A DNA stretch of 64,000 nucleotides from Mobula hypostoma (GCF_963921235.1 NC_086108.1:80664001-80728000), one strand, 5' to 3'; counted from the first letter of the stretch, positions 1 through 13,292 are shown. Notes: a model not told the origin generated them from the letters alone. Translations and numbers: made by a program.

Positions 1-520
1 GAGGTTGTAGGTGGCACCATGGAGCTCCTGCAGCACGTCCCCAGCACTAGCACAGGAGACAGGGAAACAGTAATAATCACAATATCAATGAACTCCCTCG
101 GTAACTAGAAGGGCCTGCAGTTCACTATTTAAAATGTGCGATGAGCTATGAGCGGTTACTACTGAGGTGTTCACACACCAGTGTTATTGACGTAGGCATG
201 CAGACCTCTTCCGTGGGCCTTACTGGAAGTCGCAGCATTTCTGTGCACCCGAAAGGAGATTAGGCCAACTGGGTGGATGGCCGGGTCCGGAGCAGTGTTC
301 TGGAGCCATGTTTCTGTCAGGACGAGTGTGCAGCATTCCCTCATCTCCCTCTTATTCAGTCACAGACACGGGTAATCCAGCTTATTTTCTAGCAATCACA
401 TATTAGCAAGTAGAATCATCAGGAACGTAGGCTTGCAGGGATCTGCTTTCATTTTCTCTCGAATACTGGTGCACTTACCGCAATTCTCTGTCCTCACGTC
501 CACTTCTCCGAGTACCTGGA
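1..520 (-). mobile_element. Decayed Rex1/Babar-type LINE, APE endonuclease region (runs off window edge)
   Basis: Minus-strand translation with stops and frameshifts gives ILLAN..LENKLD, LVLTETWL, YVNN and CRPF*LPREF, typical of Rex1/Babar ORF N-termini. Confidence 0.75.
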
Positions 521-2034
521 GTAAGCTGTGCCGCAGTGCTTAGGGCCCGCTCCTCCTCCTGTCCTCCTCAAGAAACCAGGTTCTTTCTCCCACCACTGCA
601 ATGCAATGCTCCATGGTCAGATTTCCCAGACTACTGCTGAGAAACACAACAAGAACAGGGCGCGTGGCCCCTCAACCCTGTGCGAGGCTTGCTGTTAAGA
701 TCATTTATTGTTTCTCATACAAAGACCTTTTTATTTCTAGAACCATCTCCAATGCAAGCAAATATTTCATTAAATAAGGACAACACAATCATCAATACTC
801 CAGGTTGGTCACATTAATGTCCTGTGAAGATCACATCACTCACAAAGGGTGCAAGTTCATAAACATTGACACTGTCCCTTGGCCTCTGCCTCCAATGATC
901 TGAGATGGCCATTCACCTCCTGCACAATACAGATCGACTTAGTCAGAGCAAGAGGCCTGCCTACAGTTAGACTGACATTCCCATTCAACTCACTGAGACA
1001 GAATGAATGGAAAGATATCTGACATCTCATTTGCCATTTACAATTGGAAGAAGATTGTTACAGAGATTAAACCTTTATAATCAATGTTACATGAATTCGT
1101 TCCAATATTGTATCAACCTCAAGATAATGCTCAGATACCGATGACAATGTATTTCCAAAGTAGCGAATGATTGACAGATCACCTTTAAACACAGATTTAA
1201 GGAGCCGGTGGAGCTGCTTGAATTTTTTCTCGTCCATCTGAGAACACAATACTTCTGTGCATGTCTCTCAAAAGAAGCATGTAAACTACATCTCTATTTT
1301 GCCCTCAGAATTAACAGGAGCTATTTGCAAAGTTGATAAGATTGTTACTTGCCTTTAATACTTTCCACAATGTGCTACTGATTTTTTTAAAAAGATGTTT
1401 TGAATAAAATGTACCAATTGATCAATTATGAACAAACACAGATGGTCTAGACAATTATACTTAGGATGCAGAATAAAGAATAAAAAATCTAAAATACAGG
1501 TAAATGCCACAACTTTGTCTAGTGCAAGAGGAGGGAAGCCAATTACCACAAGGTCTAAGTAAACCACAGCCTTTTATCTGATCATCGATATTACGAGAGA
1601 ATCAAAATTACAGTACTTAGGAAGAGAAAGGGAAAATGAATAAGAGAAAAGTACCAACAACTAAGAAGTTCTGTTGCATTAATTTTCCCCACCTACACAA
1701 AACAAATTTTAAAAATACAAGAATGAATCAAAATAATAACATTCTTCCCCCAACATGCATGAATAGGCATATTCTGCCGTCACTAATGCAAGAAAAGCAA
1801 ATGCAGAAAAAGAGGCCATTTTGTAATTTCAGTTTGCACTATTTTAAACCAAAACTGATGTCCCACTGCCTTCAAATGGTGTACAAACAGCAATGGGGGA
1901 TGCGAGGAAATTCAGAACATCTAGTTTAATTAGAAATCCTTTTACTCATCATAGGATATCCACAGTGCAGTGTAAATCAAGTTATACAATGGAACATCAG
2001 AATATACTCAGCAGTGTATCCATGGAATTAATTC

Positions 2035-2344
2035 TATTCATTTATTTAATGATGCAATGCAGACTAGGCCCTTCCAGCCCTTTGGGTAATGCTGCCCCAG
2101 CAACTCCTGACAAATCCAATTAGCCCTAACCTAATCACGGGACAATCTACAAAGACCGACTAACCTACCCAATACTGAACATCTTTTGACTGTGGGAGGA
2201 AACCGGAGCATCTGGGGAAAACCCACGTATTCCACAGGGAGGATGCACAAACTCCTTACAGACGGTGCTAGAACTGAACTCCAAACACCGGAATGCCCCA
2301 AGCTGTAATAGCATCTCGCTAACTGCGAAGCTATCATGACACCC
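2035..2344 (-). mobile_element. HE1/V-SINE-type tRNA-derived SINE
   Basis: Core gggaggaaaccggagcatctggggaaaacccacg (reverse complement of the V-SINE core), (TTTA)n-like tail at the left end; related copies at 14860-15174 and 51371-51720. Confidence 0.8.
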
Positions 2345-2822
2345 TAAAAAGAATAAAAATTAAAGTCGAAGAAATGAAATGCTTTTTCTCAAAATGCTTT
2401 GCTTGATTGGCAACAACAGGAACTAATTATATTATTTTATTCAGCATGTATTCATTCAGAGATACAGCACAAACTAGGCCCTTCCAGCCCTTCAAGCTGC
2501 ACAGCCAGCAACCCACCAATTTAGCTGTAGCCTGATTCATAAAAAACGTACAGATTAATTATATGATTTGTGTAATTTGACTGCAATTTTGACATTTGTT
2601 TGCTCTGGGAACATGGACTTAATGACAAAACTAATATTAAACCAGAAAACACTGATGCTGGAAATCAGTTAATGTCCTGCTAAAGGTCCCTAGCCCTGAA
2701 ATACTAACCATTTTGCTTTCCTCAGATGCTGTCTGACCTGCTGAACTTTCCCCCCCAATATTGTCTGTGTTTATTTAGCATTCTACCTTGCCCCAAATAC
2801 ATTGCTTGAAAAGCCATTATAC

Positions 2823-3330
2823 CAGACATCCCACTGTGCAAAAACTCATTTCAGGAAGGTAGCACCATCAATTTGCGGGAGACTCCCGGAACTTCCGGGA
2901 GAGGTGGGATGTCTGCAATAGAGTAGCTCCTTAGCAGCTAGCCAGCTAGTTTAAATAACGTTAGCTATGCTAATGAACAAATGACACCTGTTAAACTCAC
3001 CTCAACATGTCTTTTCCAGTCTTAACCCACCATGGGCAATAGAAAAGTCACTGTTGCAAACAGTGCAACGAGCACCACTGCCATTATTTTTTACCCCTAT
3101 TAGGCAGGGGTACACTTTAGTGTAGTCTGGGGTGATGTACGTTTTATATTTTCTTTTTCTGGAACACTCTGCCATGGTGCGCTCTCTCTCTCTCTCGTGG
3201 TCGCTCTCTCGCTCTCTCTCACTCTCAAAAAAATTGATTTCCGGGACATTGTATATAATTTGCAGGCATTAGGGAGCCACTATTAATATGCGGGAGACTC
3301 CCGAAACTTCTGGGAGAAGTGGGATGTCTG
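2823..3330. mobile_element. Non-autonomous DNA transposon (MITE-like), 13-bp TIRs, 6-bp TSD
   Basis: CAGACATCCCACT (2823-2835) and AGTGGGATGTCTG (3318-3330) are perfect inverted termini; TTATAC lies directly on both sides; internal (CT)n tract. Confidence 0.85.
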
Positions 3331-4557
3331 TTATACTGATGATAGTTAAGAGGCAAACCACATGGCAAATCTGGAGCCACTTTGGACAAGCCAGAAAAGG
3401 AAGCTGCGGTTTTATCCCTTATGATCATTACCGAATCATCTTTACAACATTCCACTAAATTCTTTTTCAACATTCCAGTGAGTTCAGAAGCACTACTAGC
3501 AGCATTCAATAGAGACTAGTTCTGTTATTTAGTTATTTAGTTCTGTTATTTAGTGATTTAGTAAATCACCACTATGTTCACTGATGTAAAGATAAAAGGT
3601 CGGCTTGTGAAATTGTGCTTATGGTAATTGAAGTAGAAGAAAGAACATGGGCTTACCTATCTCAGCTATATTCAGTCCATGAAGGCAAGGCAACTCAGGA
3701 AAATTTATTTCCACATGGCCTTACATTCTAGATTTTATTGACTATTAGATATGAGACTTTAAGATTTCTCTGATACACAGTAACTAATATTACTAAATTG
3801 TACATGATGAAATGAAGCATTGAGCTTGCAGTAGAATCAAAAGATGATACTATCGCGATGATATAAATAGTTATCCTAGTTTCCTGCAAAACCTACAATA
3901 ATTAGAGCCTGATATTTGTAGAACTGCTTTGAATGGTTGTCATGATTAACTCTGACTGAAGCTCTGACAACAGCTAGACGTAACCCACAACTTAAACACT
4001 AATAATGCAAAAATTCTCCTCAAGGATACATGCTTGAATTGAGCTCTGAAATGTTTGCTTGAGCCTAAGTGGGGGGAAAAATAAACAGCAAATGGAAGTT
4101 AGGAGGTGAACTGATGATAGCTATTAGAGCATACAGGCTGATGACAGGTATTAGAGTAGATAGAACTGTGCAAAAGCCTTAGGCACGTGTAAAAAGATAC
4201 TGTAAAGTGAAGATCCTTTAAAAAATAATGTAATGAGAAGTTTCTAAATATCAAAAAATACTATAAAGAGCAGTAAATAATAAAAAAATGAAACCAAATC
4301 AATATATCGTGTGACCACTCTTTGCCTTTAAGACAACATCAGTTCTCTAAGGTACACTGTCATGCAGTTTTATAATAAAATTGACTGGTAGGTTGTTCCA
4401 AACATCTTCTCCTCCCGACTTTGGCTGCCTCACTTTGCTCTGTCTCTCTAGATAATCCCAGGCAGCCTCGATGACATATCTGTTGCAGAACTCCTTGTTC
4501 TTCTTTTCACTGAAGGTGATTATTTATGACCTTGGCTGTGTTTTGGGGGTCATTATC

Positions 4558-5101
4558 TGTCCCAGGATACTGACGGACTTTTACCGCTGTACCATTGAGA
4601 GCATACTCACCAACTGCACCTCAGTGTGGTATGGCAATGGTCCCGTATCAGACCGCAAAGCACTCCAGCGTGTGGTGAAAACTGCCCAGCAGATTATCGG
4701 CACCCAATTGCCCACCATTGAGAACATCTACCATAAACACTGCCTGGGCAGGGCGAAAAGCATTATCAGGGATGCATCTCCCCTAACCATGGACTTTTTA
4801 CTCTCCTCCCATCCGGTAGGTGCTACAGGAGCCTCCATTCCCGCACCAGCAGGCACAGGAAGAGCTTTTTCCCTGAGTCTGCGACCCTGCTGAACCTCAC
4901 ATCACAGCGCTAAGCAGTATTGCATCCATATTGTCTCAGTACTTTTGTATTTGTGTGCTGTAGCACTTTCTTCATTCGCAGTTATTTTGTAAATAACACT
5001 ATTCTTTGCATTTCTGGTCAGATGCTAAATGCATTTCATTGGCTTTGTATCTGTACTCGGCACAATGACAATAAAGTTGGAACTGATCTAATCAAATCTA
5101 A
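4558..5101 (+). mobile_element. 5'-truncated Rex1/Babar-type LINE inserted in the Tc1 transposase
   Basis: FYRCTIESILT..WYGN..LQRVVKTAQ C-terminus, AATAAA and (AATCT)n tail; TCATTATC duplicated at 4550-4557 and 5102-5109. Confidence 0.88.
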
Positions 5102-5789
5102 TCATTATCCTGCTGTAGAATGAATTTGGGACTGATCAGACGCCTCCCTGATGGTTTTGCATGATGGATGAGAACCTGCTTGCACTTCGCAGCACTGAGG
5201 ATTCCATTAATTCTGATCAGATCACCAACTCCATTTTTAGAAATGCAGCCCCGAACCTGCAGGGAACCTCTGTCATGTTTCACTGTTAGTAGCAGACACT
5301 CATCCATGTAGTGCTCACAGACAAACTGCCTCCTGTTTGAGCCAGAAATTCCTAATTTTGGCTTGTCGGTCCAGAGCACATGCCGCCATTGTTCTGCATC
5401 CCAGTCCTTGGGTTTTTGTGTGCAGGTCAGTCTCTTGGCTTTGATTCCATTTCAGAGGAATGACTCTTCCATGAAGACCACTTCTGAGAAGACTTTTCTA
5501 GACCGCAGAGGGGTGTACTTGGGTTCCAGTGGTTTCTGTGAGTTCAGAGCTGACAGCAGTGGTGAACTTCTTCCAATTTAGAAGGGGCATCAGTTTGATG
5601 CATCTTCCATCTGATGCACTCAGTTTCCATGGCCGACCACTGTGTTTCTGGTCCTCGACCTGACCTGTTTCTTTGTGCTTCTTCAAAAGAACTCCTACAG
5701 CACAACTTGAAACTCCTGTCTGCTGCAAAACTTCTGCTTGGGAGAGACCTAACAGATGGAGGATGACACCCTGTGTCTTGTTGCTATGC

Positions 5790-6224
5790 CCATGGAAAAA
5801 GCGACGCAACAGACTTTTAACACCATAAATCAGCGAGTTGTTTTGCTATGTCTCCCCTCTTGCTGTGAAATGGGAACGCCTCTTTTTCCCTTATTAGGAT
5901 AGGAAGAGAGACAGCCTGTGTTATGTCAAATACCGGGTGAACGACTAGTCGTTGGGGTACTGCAAGTCTGAGTCTTTATTGATGCTTTGCTGCACGCTTG
6001 AGTGCTTGGTGGAGGGTGCTGATGCTTTTTTGCTGGTGGAGGAGTCATTATTTTGCTGCTGCTTGTGCGTGGGAAGGGGAGCTGGGGGGTGGGGTTGGGG
6101 TTCTAACATTTAACTGCCATTCATTCTTTGGGGCACTCCTCTGTTTTCATGGATGTTTGCAAAGAGAAAGAATTTCGGGATGTATGTTGTATAAATTTCC
6201 CTGACATTAAATGTACCTATTGAA
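5790..6224 (+). mobile_element. Non-coding SINE-like insertion within the Tc1 element
   Basis: Interrupts Tc1 just upstream of the transposase start. Its 3' end (gaatttcgggatgtatgttgtata...cattaaatgtacctattgaa) resembles the LINE-type tails at 36790-36870 and 47099-47160. Boundaries approximate. Confidence 0.55.
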
Positions 6225-6777
6225 GTAATCGTTTGTACTTTGCTTAATGAAATAGAAAAATTTCTCTAACATTTAATTTTTTGGAAAATGAATGTTTGGA
6301 AAATAAAATTTGCCCTTTTTTACTGACACACAAATGTAGAAGACAAAAACTAAACATCTAAAATATAATTTATATAAAAAAAATTCTAGAATCCTATGAC
6401 TTTAGCACAATACTGTACTTCTTAGGCAATCCTTTAGAATCAAGGATGACTTGTATGAATTCCCACAAGGCTCCTGCAGAGGAATTGCAAAGTTCAGCAC
6501 AGCTGGGACAGATGATGTTCGACTGGACAGTGCGGAGCTTGCTTCGGAGGTTCTGCACTCCTATCAGTGATCCATTCCATATGATCCTATTGTACAGATT
6601 CAAGATGTACAATGCCTTTAAAAAGCTTATGCTCCATTTCAGGATCCAAGGATTACCATGAGACTGTTCTTGTTTTCATGCATCATAGTCTCCTACCTGA
6701 TGGTAGAAATTCAAAGAGGACGCTGAATGGACGGATGGGATCCTTAATAATACTAAGGGTCCTGCGTATGCAGTGTT

Positions 6778-9700
6778 CAATAGACAATAGGTGCAGGAGT
6801 AGGCCATTCGGCCCTTCGACCCAGCACCGCCATTCACTGTGATCATGGCTGATCATCCACAGTCAGTACCCCGTTCCTGCCTTATCCCCATATCCCTTGA
6901 CTCCGCTATCTTTAAGAGCTCTATCTAACTCTTTCTTGAAAGCATCCAGAGAATTGGCCTCCACTGCCTTCTGAGGCAGAGCGTTCCACAGATCCACAAC
7001 TCTCTGGGTGAAAAAGTTTTTCCTCAACTCCGTTCTAAACGGCCTACCCCTTATTCTTAAACTGTGGCCTCTGGTTCTGGACTCCCCCAACATCGGGAAC
7101 ATGTTTCCTGCCTCTAGCGTGTCCAATCCCTTAATAATCTTATATGTTTCAATCAGATCCCCTCTCAGCCTTCTAAATTCCAGTGTATACAAGCCCAGTC
7201 GCTCCAATCTTTCAACATATGACAGTCCCGCCATCCCGGGAATTAACCTCGTGAACCTACGCTGCACTCCCTCCATAGCAAGAATGTCCTTCCTCAAATT
7301 TGGAGACCAAAACTGCACACAATACTCCAGGTGTGGTCTTACCAGGGCTCTGTACAACTGCAGAAGGACCTCTTTGCTCCTATACTCAACTCTCTTTGTT
7401 ATGAAGGCGAACATACCATTAGCTTTCTTCACAGCCTGCTGTACCTGCATGCTTACTTTCAGTGACTGATGAACAAGGACACCTAGATCTCATTGTACTT
7501 CCCCTCTTCCTAACTTGACACCATTCAGGTAGTAATCTGCCTTCCTGTTCTTGCCACCAGAGTGGATAACCTCACATTTATCCACATTAAACTGCATCTG
7601 CCATGCATCTGCCCACTCACCCAACCTGTCCAAGTCACCCTGCACTCTCATAACATCCTCCTCACATTTCACACTGCCACCCAGTTTTGCGTCATCTGCA
7701 AATTTGCAATGTTACTTTTAATCCCTTCATCTAAATCATTAATGTATATTGTAAATAGCTGCGGTCCCAGCACCGAGCCTTGCGGTACCCCACTAATCAC
7801 TGCCTGCCATTCTGAAAGGGACCAGTTAATCCCTGCTCTTTGTTTCCTGTCTGCCAACCAATTTTCTATCCATGTCAGTACCCTACCCCCAATACTACCA
7901 TGTGCTCTAATTTTGCCCACTAATCTCCTATGTGGAATCTTATCAAAGGCTTTCTGAAAGTCCAGGTACACTACATCCACTGGCTCTCCCTTGTCCATTT
8001 TCATAGTCACATCCTCAAAAAATTCCAGACGATTAGTCAACCATGATTTCCCCTTCGTAAATCCATGCTGACTCGGACCGATCCTGTTACTGCTATCCAA
8101 ATGTGCCACTATTTCATCTTTTATAATTGACTCCAGCAACTTCCCCACTACTGATGTCCGGCTAACTGGTCTATCATTCCTTGCTTTCTCTCTCCCTCCT
8201 TTCCTAAAAAGTGGGATAACATTAGCTACCCTCCAATCCGCAGGAACTGATCCTGAATCTATAGAACACTGGAAAATGATTACCAATGCGTCCACGATTT
8301 CTAGAGGCGCCTCCTTAAGTACCCTGGGATGCAGACTATCAGGCCCTAGAGATTTATCAGCCTTCAGTCCCATCAGTCTACCCAACATCATTTTCTGCCT
8401 AATGTGAATTTCCTTCAGTTCCTCCGTTACCCTAGGTCCTCCAGCCACTATTACATCTGAGAGATTGTTTGTGTCTTCCCTAGTCATAGTCATAGTCATA
8501 CTTTATTGATCCCAGGGGAAATTGGTTTTCGGTACAGTTGTACCATAAATAATTAAATACTAATAAAACCATAAATAATTAAATAGTAATATGTAAGTTA
8601 TGTTAGGAAATAAGTCCAGGACCAGCCTATTGGCTCAGCGTGTCTGACCCTCCAAGGGAGGAGTTGTAAAGTTTGATGGCCACAGGCAGGAATGACTTCC
8701 TATGATGCTCTGTGTTGCATCTCGGTGGAATGAGTCTCTGGCTGAATGTACTCCTGTGCCCACCCAGTACATTATGTAGTGGATGGGAGACATTGTCCAA
8801 GATGGCATGCAACTTGGACAGCATCCTCTTTTCAGACACCACCGTCAGAGAGTCCAGTTCCATCCCCACAACATCACTGGCCTTATGAATGAGTTTGTTG
8901 ATTCTGTTGGTGTCTGCTACCCTCAGCCTGCTGCCCCAGCACACAACAGCAAACATGATCGCACTGGCCACCACAGACTCGTAGAACATCCTCAGCATCG
9001 TCCGACAGATGTTAAAGTGAAGACAGATCCAAAGTACCTGTTCAACTTGTCTGCCATTTCCTTGTTCCCCATAATAATTTCACCCGTTTCTGTCCTCAAG
9101 GGCCCAACTTTGGTCTTAACTAATTTTTTCAACTTCACATACCTAAAGAAGCTTTTACTATCCTCCTTTATATTCTTGGCTAGCTTACCTTCGTACCTCA
9201 TCTTTTCTCCCCATATTGCCTTTTTAGTTATCTTCTGTTGCTCTTTAAAAGTTTCCCAATCCTCTGGCTTCCCGCTCATCTTTGCTATGTTATACTTCTT
9301 CTCTTTTATTTACTTCCCTTGTCAGCCACGGTCACCCCTTACTCCCCTTAGAATCTTTCTTCCTCTTTGGAATGAACTGATCTTGCAGCTTCTGTATTAT
9401 TCCCAGATATACCTGTCATTGCTCTTCCACTGTCATCCCTGCTAGGGTATCTTCCCATTCAACTTTGGCCAGCTCCTCCCTCATGGCTCCATAGTCCCCT
9501 TTGTTCAACTGTAATACTGACACTTCCAATTTTCCCTTCTCCCTCTCAAATTGTAGATTAAAACTTATCATATTATGGTCACTACCTCCTAATGGCTCCT
9601 TTACCTCGAGTTCCCTTATCAAATCCGGTTCATTTCACAACACTAAATCCAGAATTGCCTTCTCCTTATTAGGCTCTAGTCAAACTGCTCTAAGAATCCA

Positions 9701-10118
9701 TCTCGGAGGCACTCCACTAACTCCCTTTCTTGGGGTCCAGTACCAACCTGATTTTCCCAGTCTACCTGCATGTTGGAATTCCCCATAACAACCGTAGAAT
9801 TACCTTTGCAACATGCCAATTTTAACTCTTGATTCAACTTGCACCCTATATCCAGGCTACTGTTTGGGGGTCTGTAGATAACTCCCATTAGAGTCTATTT
9901 GCCCTTACAATTTCTCAGTTCTATCCATACTGACTCTACATCTCCTGTTTCTATGTCACTCCTTGCAAGGGACTGAATTTCATTCCTCACCAACAGAGCC
10001 ATCTCCCCCCCGCCCTTCTGCCCACCTGTCTGTCCTTTCGATAGGACGTATACCCTTGAATATTCATTTCCTAGTCCTGGTCCTCTTGCAGCCATGTCTC
10101 TGTTATTCCTACAACATC
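6778..10118 (-). mobile_element. CR1 LINE, 5'-truncated ORF2 (APE + RT), frameshifted
   Basis: ORFs 9676-9888 (YRPPNS), 7669-8499 (YLDFQKAFD, GVPQGSVLGP), 6863-7450 (RPHLEYCVQFWSP); (CTATTGT)n tail; interrupted at 8485-9015. Confidence 0.95.
8485..9015 (-). mobile_element. 5'-truncated Rex1/Babar-type LINE nested in CR1
   Basis: ORF 8627-8998 (FYESVVASAI..CWG..SFLPVAIKLYN), (TATGAC)n tail; removing it restores CR1 ccct-agt-gaagac, with AGT on both sides. Confidence 0.88.
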
Positions 10119-10127
10119 TGAGAAATG

Positions 10128-10535
10128 TCCCATCCATCCAGCATCCTCTTTGACATTCTACCATCAGGCAGGAGACTACAATGCATAAAAACAAGAACAG
10201 TCAGGATGAGAAGCAGTTTCTTCCCCCAGGCCATTAGGTTTCTGAACTCCTGGCTGCATCGTATTTGAAGTGTCACTGATTAATCTGTTCCATACCTTAT
10301 AATATTTAATATTAATGCACTTTAATTTGTTATTTATGTATGATTCATCTGTAGATTTCATCCTTACCTTCATAAGATGTTGTGTGTAATGTGTGTTATG
10401 TGTACTACTGTGCAGGTTCGGAAAAACGTCTTGTTTCTACAAACGTTTTGTATATACATTATATGGTTTATATAGTTATATACATTAATTACATGTATAT
10501 AGTTAAATGAAAACAAATTTGACTTGACTTGTCTT
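10128..10535 (+). mobile_element. Rex1/Babar-type LINE 3' end
   Basis: LPSGRR..SFFPQAIR motif, 3' UTR, (TTGAC)n tail; an inverted partner segment lies at 6662-6777. Confidence 0.75.
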
Positions 10536-10984
10536 GATTAGAGTCTGCCCAAGGAGCTTTTGAAGTTATCCGTAAATCTGCAACTGTGAAAGAACAAGAC
10601 CGGTTTGATCATCTGGTGTCAGACACTCAGAGATTGTGGACTGCTTGGTGTCACTGGTTGCATGTGAGCAGAACCCCAATGCTTAGGGAAGTCACTCAAG
10701 CTATCTTTCCGGTACTAGCAACAATTCTGTAACTAGAGTTGTTCTAAATGCATTTCCCTGCTATTAATATTTTAATATTATATAAAATCTTAAGGTTGCT
10801 TGTGATAAACTATAATGAATGTGAAAATATAACTCATTCTTTTGGTTAAGTGATAATTCTGAATCTCTCAATAACCCTCTCAAAGAAATGTGGAAGCTGC
10901 TTTCTCTGTCTCCAAACCCAGCTGAATTAACAGAAATGTGTTTATGACATTTTGGTGTGAGCCAGGACTTAATAGGAATGCTGT

Positions 10985-11410
10985 CAACTTGGAATCAGAA
11001 ATTTGGTTGTTTGAGATTGAAGCACAAAAGTATTTCATGATGCAGTACTGAAGAATTATAGTATTGCTGCTGTCAACTTCTTTCAGATGAAATATTAAGT
11101 TGAGACACCCACTGTCTATTCAGATGGAAGTAAAAGATCATAAATACAAGAGATTCTACAGATGCTGGATACCTTAAATAACACATACAAAATGACAGAG
11201 GAACTCAGCAAGTCATGCAGGATCTATGGAGAGGAATAAACAGTCTATCAAAGTCAAAGATCCCTTGTACTCTTGACCATATGGCTTCTGTTTGACATAT
11301 AAAGATCTGTTGTTATCTCCAGAAAACAGTTATTCTTTAACTAACGTTACTAAAATAAATAATTTGCAGATTGATTTTGTAGTGCCTTCTGTGTCCAAAT
11401 TGGCTGCCAA
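10985..11410 (+). mobile_element. Old DeuSINE (SacSINE1/AmnSINE1-like) remnant interrupted by a Penelope fragment
   Basis: cagtactga..tctttcagatga..ttcagatggaagtaaaagatc and caaattggctgcc resemble the DeuSINE consensus as recalled; Penelope end at about 11141-11250 with AAAGATC on both sides. Confidence 0.5.
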
Positions 11411-11599
11411 TATACAGGATTTGTTTTACAACAGGGTGCATTTTCATAGGTCAGTGGCGGCTAATTGTTTTGAGAGCATGTGCCCGAATTGACAATAATC
11501 ATTTAAGAAATTCTCTCACATACCATGGTAATTTTGAGCTGAGATTATCATTAACTTAGTAACAATAATTATGGACTCCTATGGACCCCTTGAAAGCTG

Positions 11600-11923
11600 A
11601 AGAGACTGGGCTATTGAATTGTTGAAAGGTGATTTTCAACTGGGAGGTCAGAGTAAGCTGTAGGCTTGAGGCCTGCCCTGGGGTTAAAGGACTTTGTATG
11701 CTCATGAATGGGAGGGAGGAACAGGGCTTGTTTTGCTGTTGTTTTGTTGTTTGTTCTGTTCTGAGTTACTCTGCCAAGCATTGTGGGCATGCTATGTTTG
11801 TTCCGGAATGTGTGGTGCCACTTGCAGGAAGCCCCCAGCACACCCTCTGGTATGTTGTTTGTTAATGCAAATGACACATTTCTCTGTACACTTGACAAAT
11901 GAACTTGAATACTGAATCTTGAA
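11600..11923 (+). mobile_element. SINE-like interspersed repeat
   Basis: gcattgtgggcatgctatgtt...aatgcaaatgacacattt...cttgaa tail; related segments at 13195-13350 (+) and 35610-35760 (-). Confidence 0.55.
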
Positions 11924-13029
11924 AGGATTAACTTTGTACTTAGTAAATGTATGGTCCATACAGTCTATAAATGCACGTATTGTTTGCTCTTTTTTGGCAT
12001 TTTTATGTCAAATCCACTGTATGATAAAAGCATTAACAATAAATCCGCAGGCTTGTGCGGACATCATTTCAAGACAGTTAACTGATTAGGTGCAACTTTC
12101 CTATCATGTTTAGCATTTTCTAATTTGTTTTGAAATCAAACTGACCTCACCTCAACACAAGACTAATAGACATAAAAATAACTTTTACATCAGCAACCCA
12201 CTCTGACCACATTTGTTTTCCATCTACTGCCTGTGGCCGGAACAATATTTATATTTTGCTGCATAATTTTAACTCTTTTACTTAAGCAATACAAAAATAG
12301 CATTATATGTTTTTTTTCCTTTTTTATCGTTGTTTTCTGTTATCACTATTTTAAGCAGTAAGCATTGACAGCAAGAGGGACGTAGTAACCTTTAACACAG
12401 TAAAGGATGTGTATGAATACAAACAGTTGCAATGACACTAATAACCAAACAAAATCCTTGCACAGCTATGTTAATTAAGAATCTGTCACTGATATAGTTC
12501 AAATTACTCTTAGCAATTTGTTCAATTCTTTTATCAATAGCTGCCATTACATAATTTGGCAAAGTTTCCATCTGGTGCAACTAATAATCCAGGAGTAAAC
12601 TATGCCAAAATAGTGCACGTTTTCAAGATGGGACTCCCTCCTCTCCAGTTCATAATTAATTTAATTTTGTATTATGTAAATATGGCATGAAACAGACCAA
12701 GACTAATTTTTAATTACTTTTGCTTTAAAAATCCTTCTTTTTAATCATTTAAGCATTTTTAATCACAATGTCAATTTCATGAATATCTCGATTTTAAATT
12801 ACTGTAACATAAAACACGATTGATAGTGTCCTTATGCCGCAAAACTTAACTTCCTAGAAGGACGTCCCAACAGTGTTAATTTATTCTGTGGGTGAAACTG
12901 GACTTGTTTGGAGAGCCCCTTGCTTCTGGACCAATCTTTCTAAAACTAACATAAAGTATTTCAGAATCTCAATAAGGACTTAATATAATATGTACATGAA
13001 ATTCCACCTCATTTTGGCTGGAATTCCAG

Positions 13030-13292
13030 TTAATGTAATGCTATTACTGTGCCAGCTGTAAGACCAGTGTTCAATTTCCACTGCTGTCTCTAAGGAGCTT
13101 GTAAGTATTCCCCATGATCGCATGTGTTTCCTCTAGGTGTTCCGGTTTCCTCCCACATTCCAAAAAAAAAGATGCAGGGGTTCGGGTCAGAGAACTGTGG
13201 GCATGCAATGTTATCACCAGAAGCATGACAACACTTGCACAATCCTTACTGATTCGACTTGATGCAAATGACTCATTTCACTGCATGTTTCA

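Larger units (their letters stand above)
4161..6415 (-). mobile_element. Decayed Tc1-family DNA transposon carrying two nested insertions
   Basis: Termini resemble cagtactgtgcaaaagtcttagg, with TA after the right end. Transposase fragments 5498-5809 (HTH and SGRP motif) and 5098-5379 (LWTD..TVKH..QQDND); the frame continues below 4557. Confidence 0.88.

Noticed and set aside
1067..1249. Minus-strand ORF MDEKKFKQLHRLLKSVFKG.. preceded by ttctcag
   Set aside because: Looks exon-like, but I recognise no BTBD19 or other protein similarity and the donor sites are weak.
3519..3562. Short (GTTATTTA)-type tandem repeat
   Set aside because: Simple slippage repeat without spacers; not CRISPR-like.
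7008..7957. Long plus-strand ORFs over CR1 (also at 56421 and 62352)
   Set aside because: Antisense shadows of LINE ORF2.
12392..12580. 62-aa ORF in unique sequence
   Set aside because: No recognisable homology or good splice sites.
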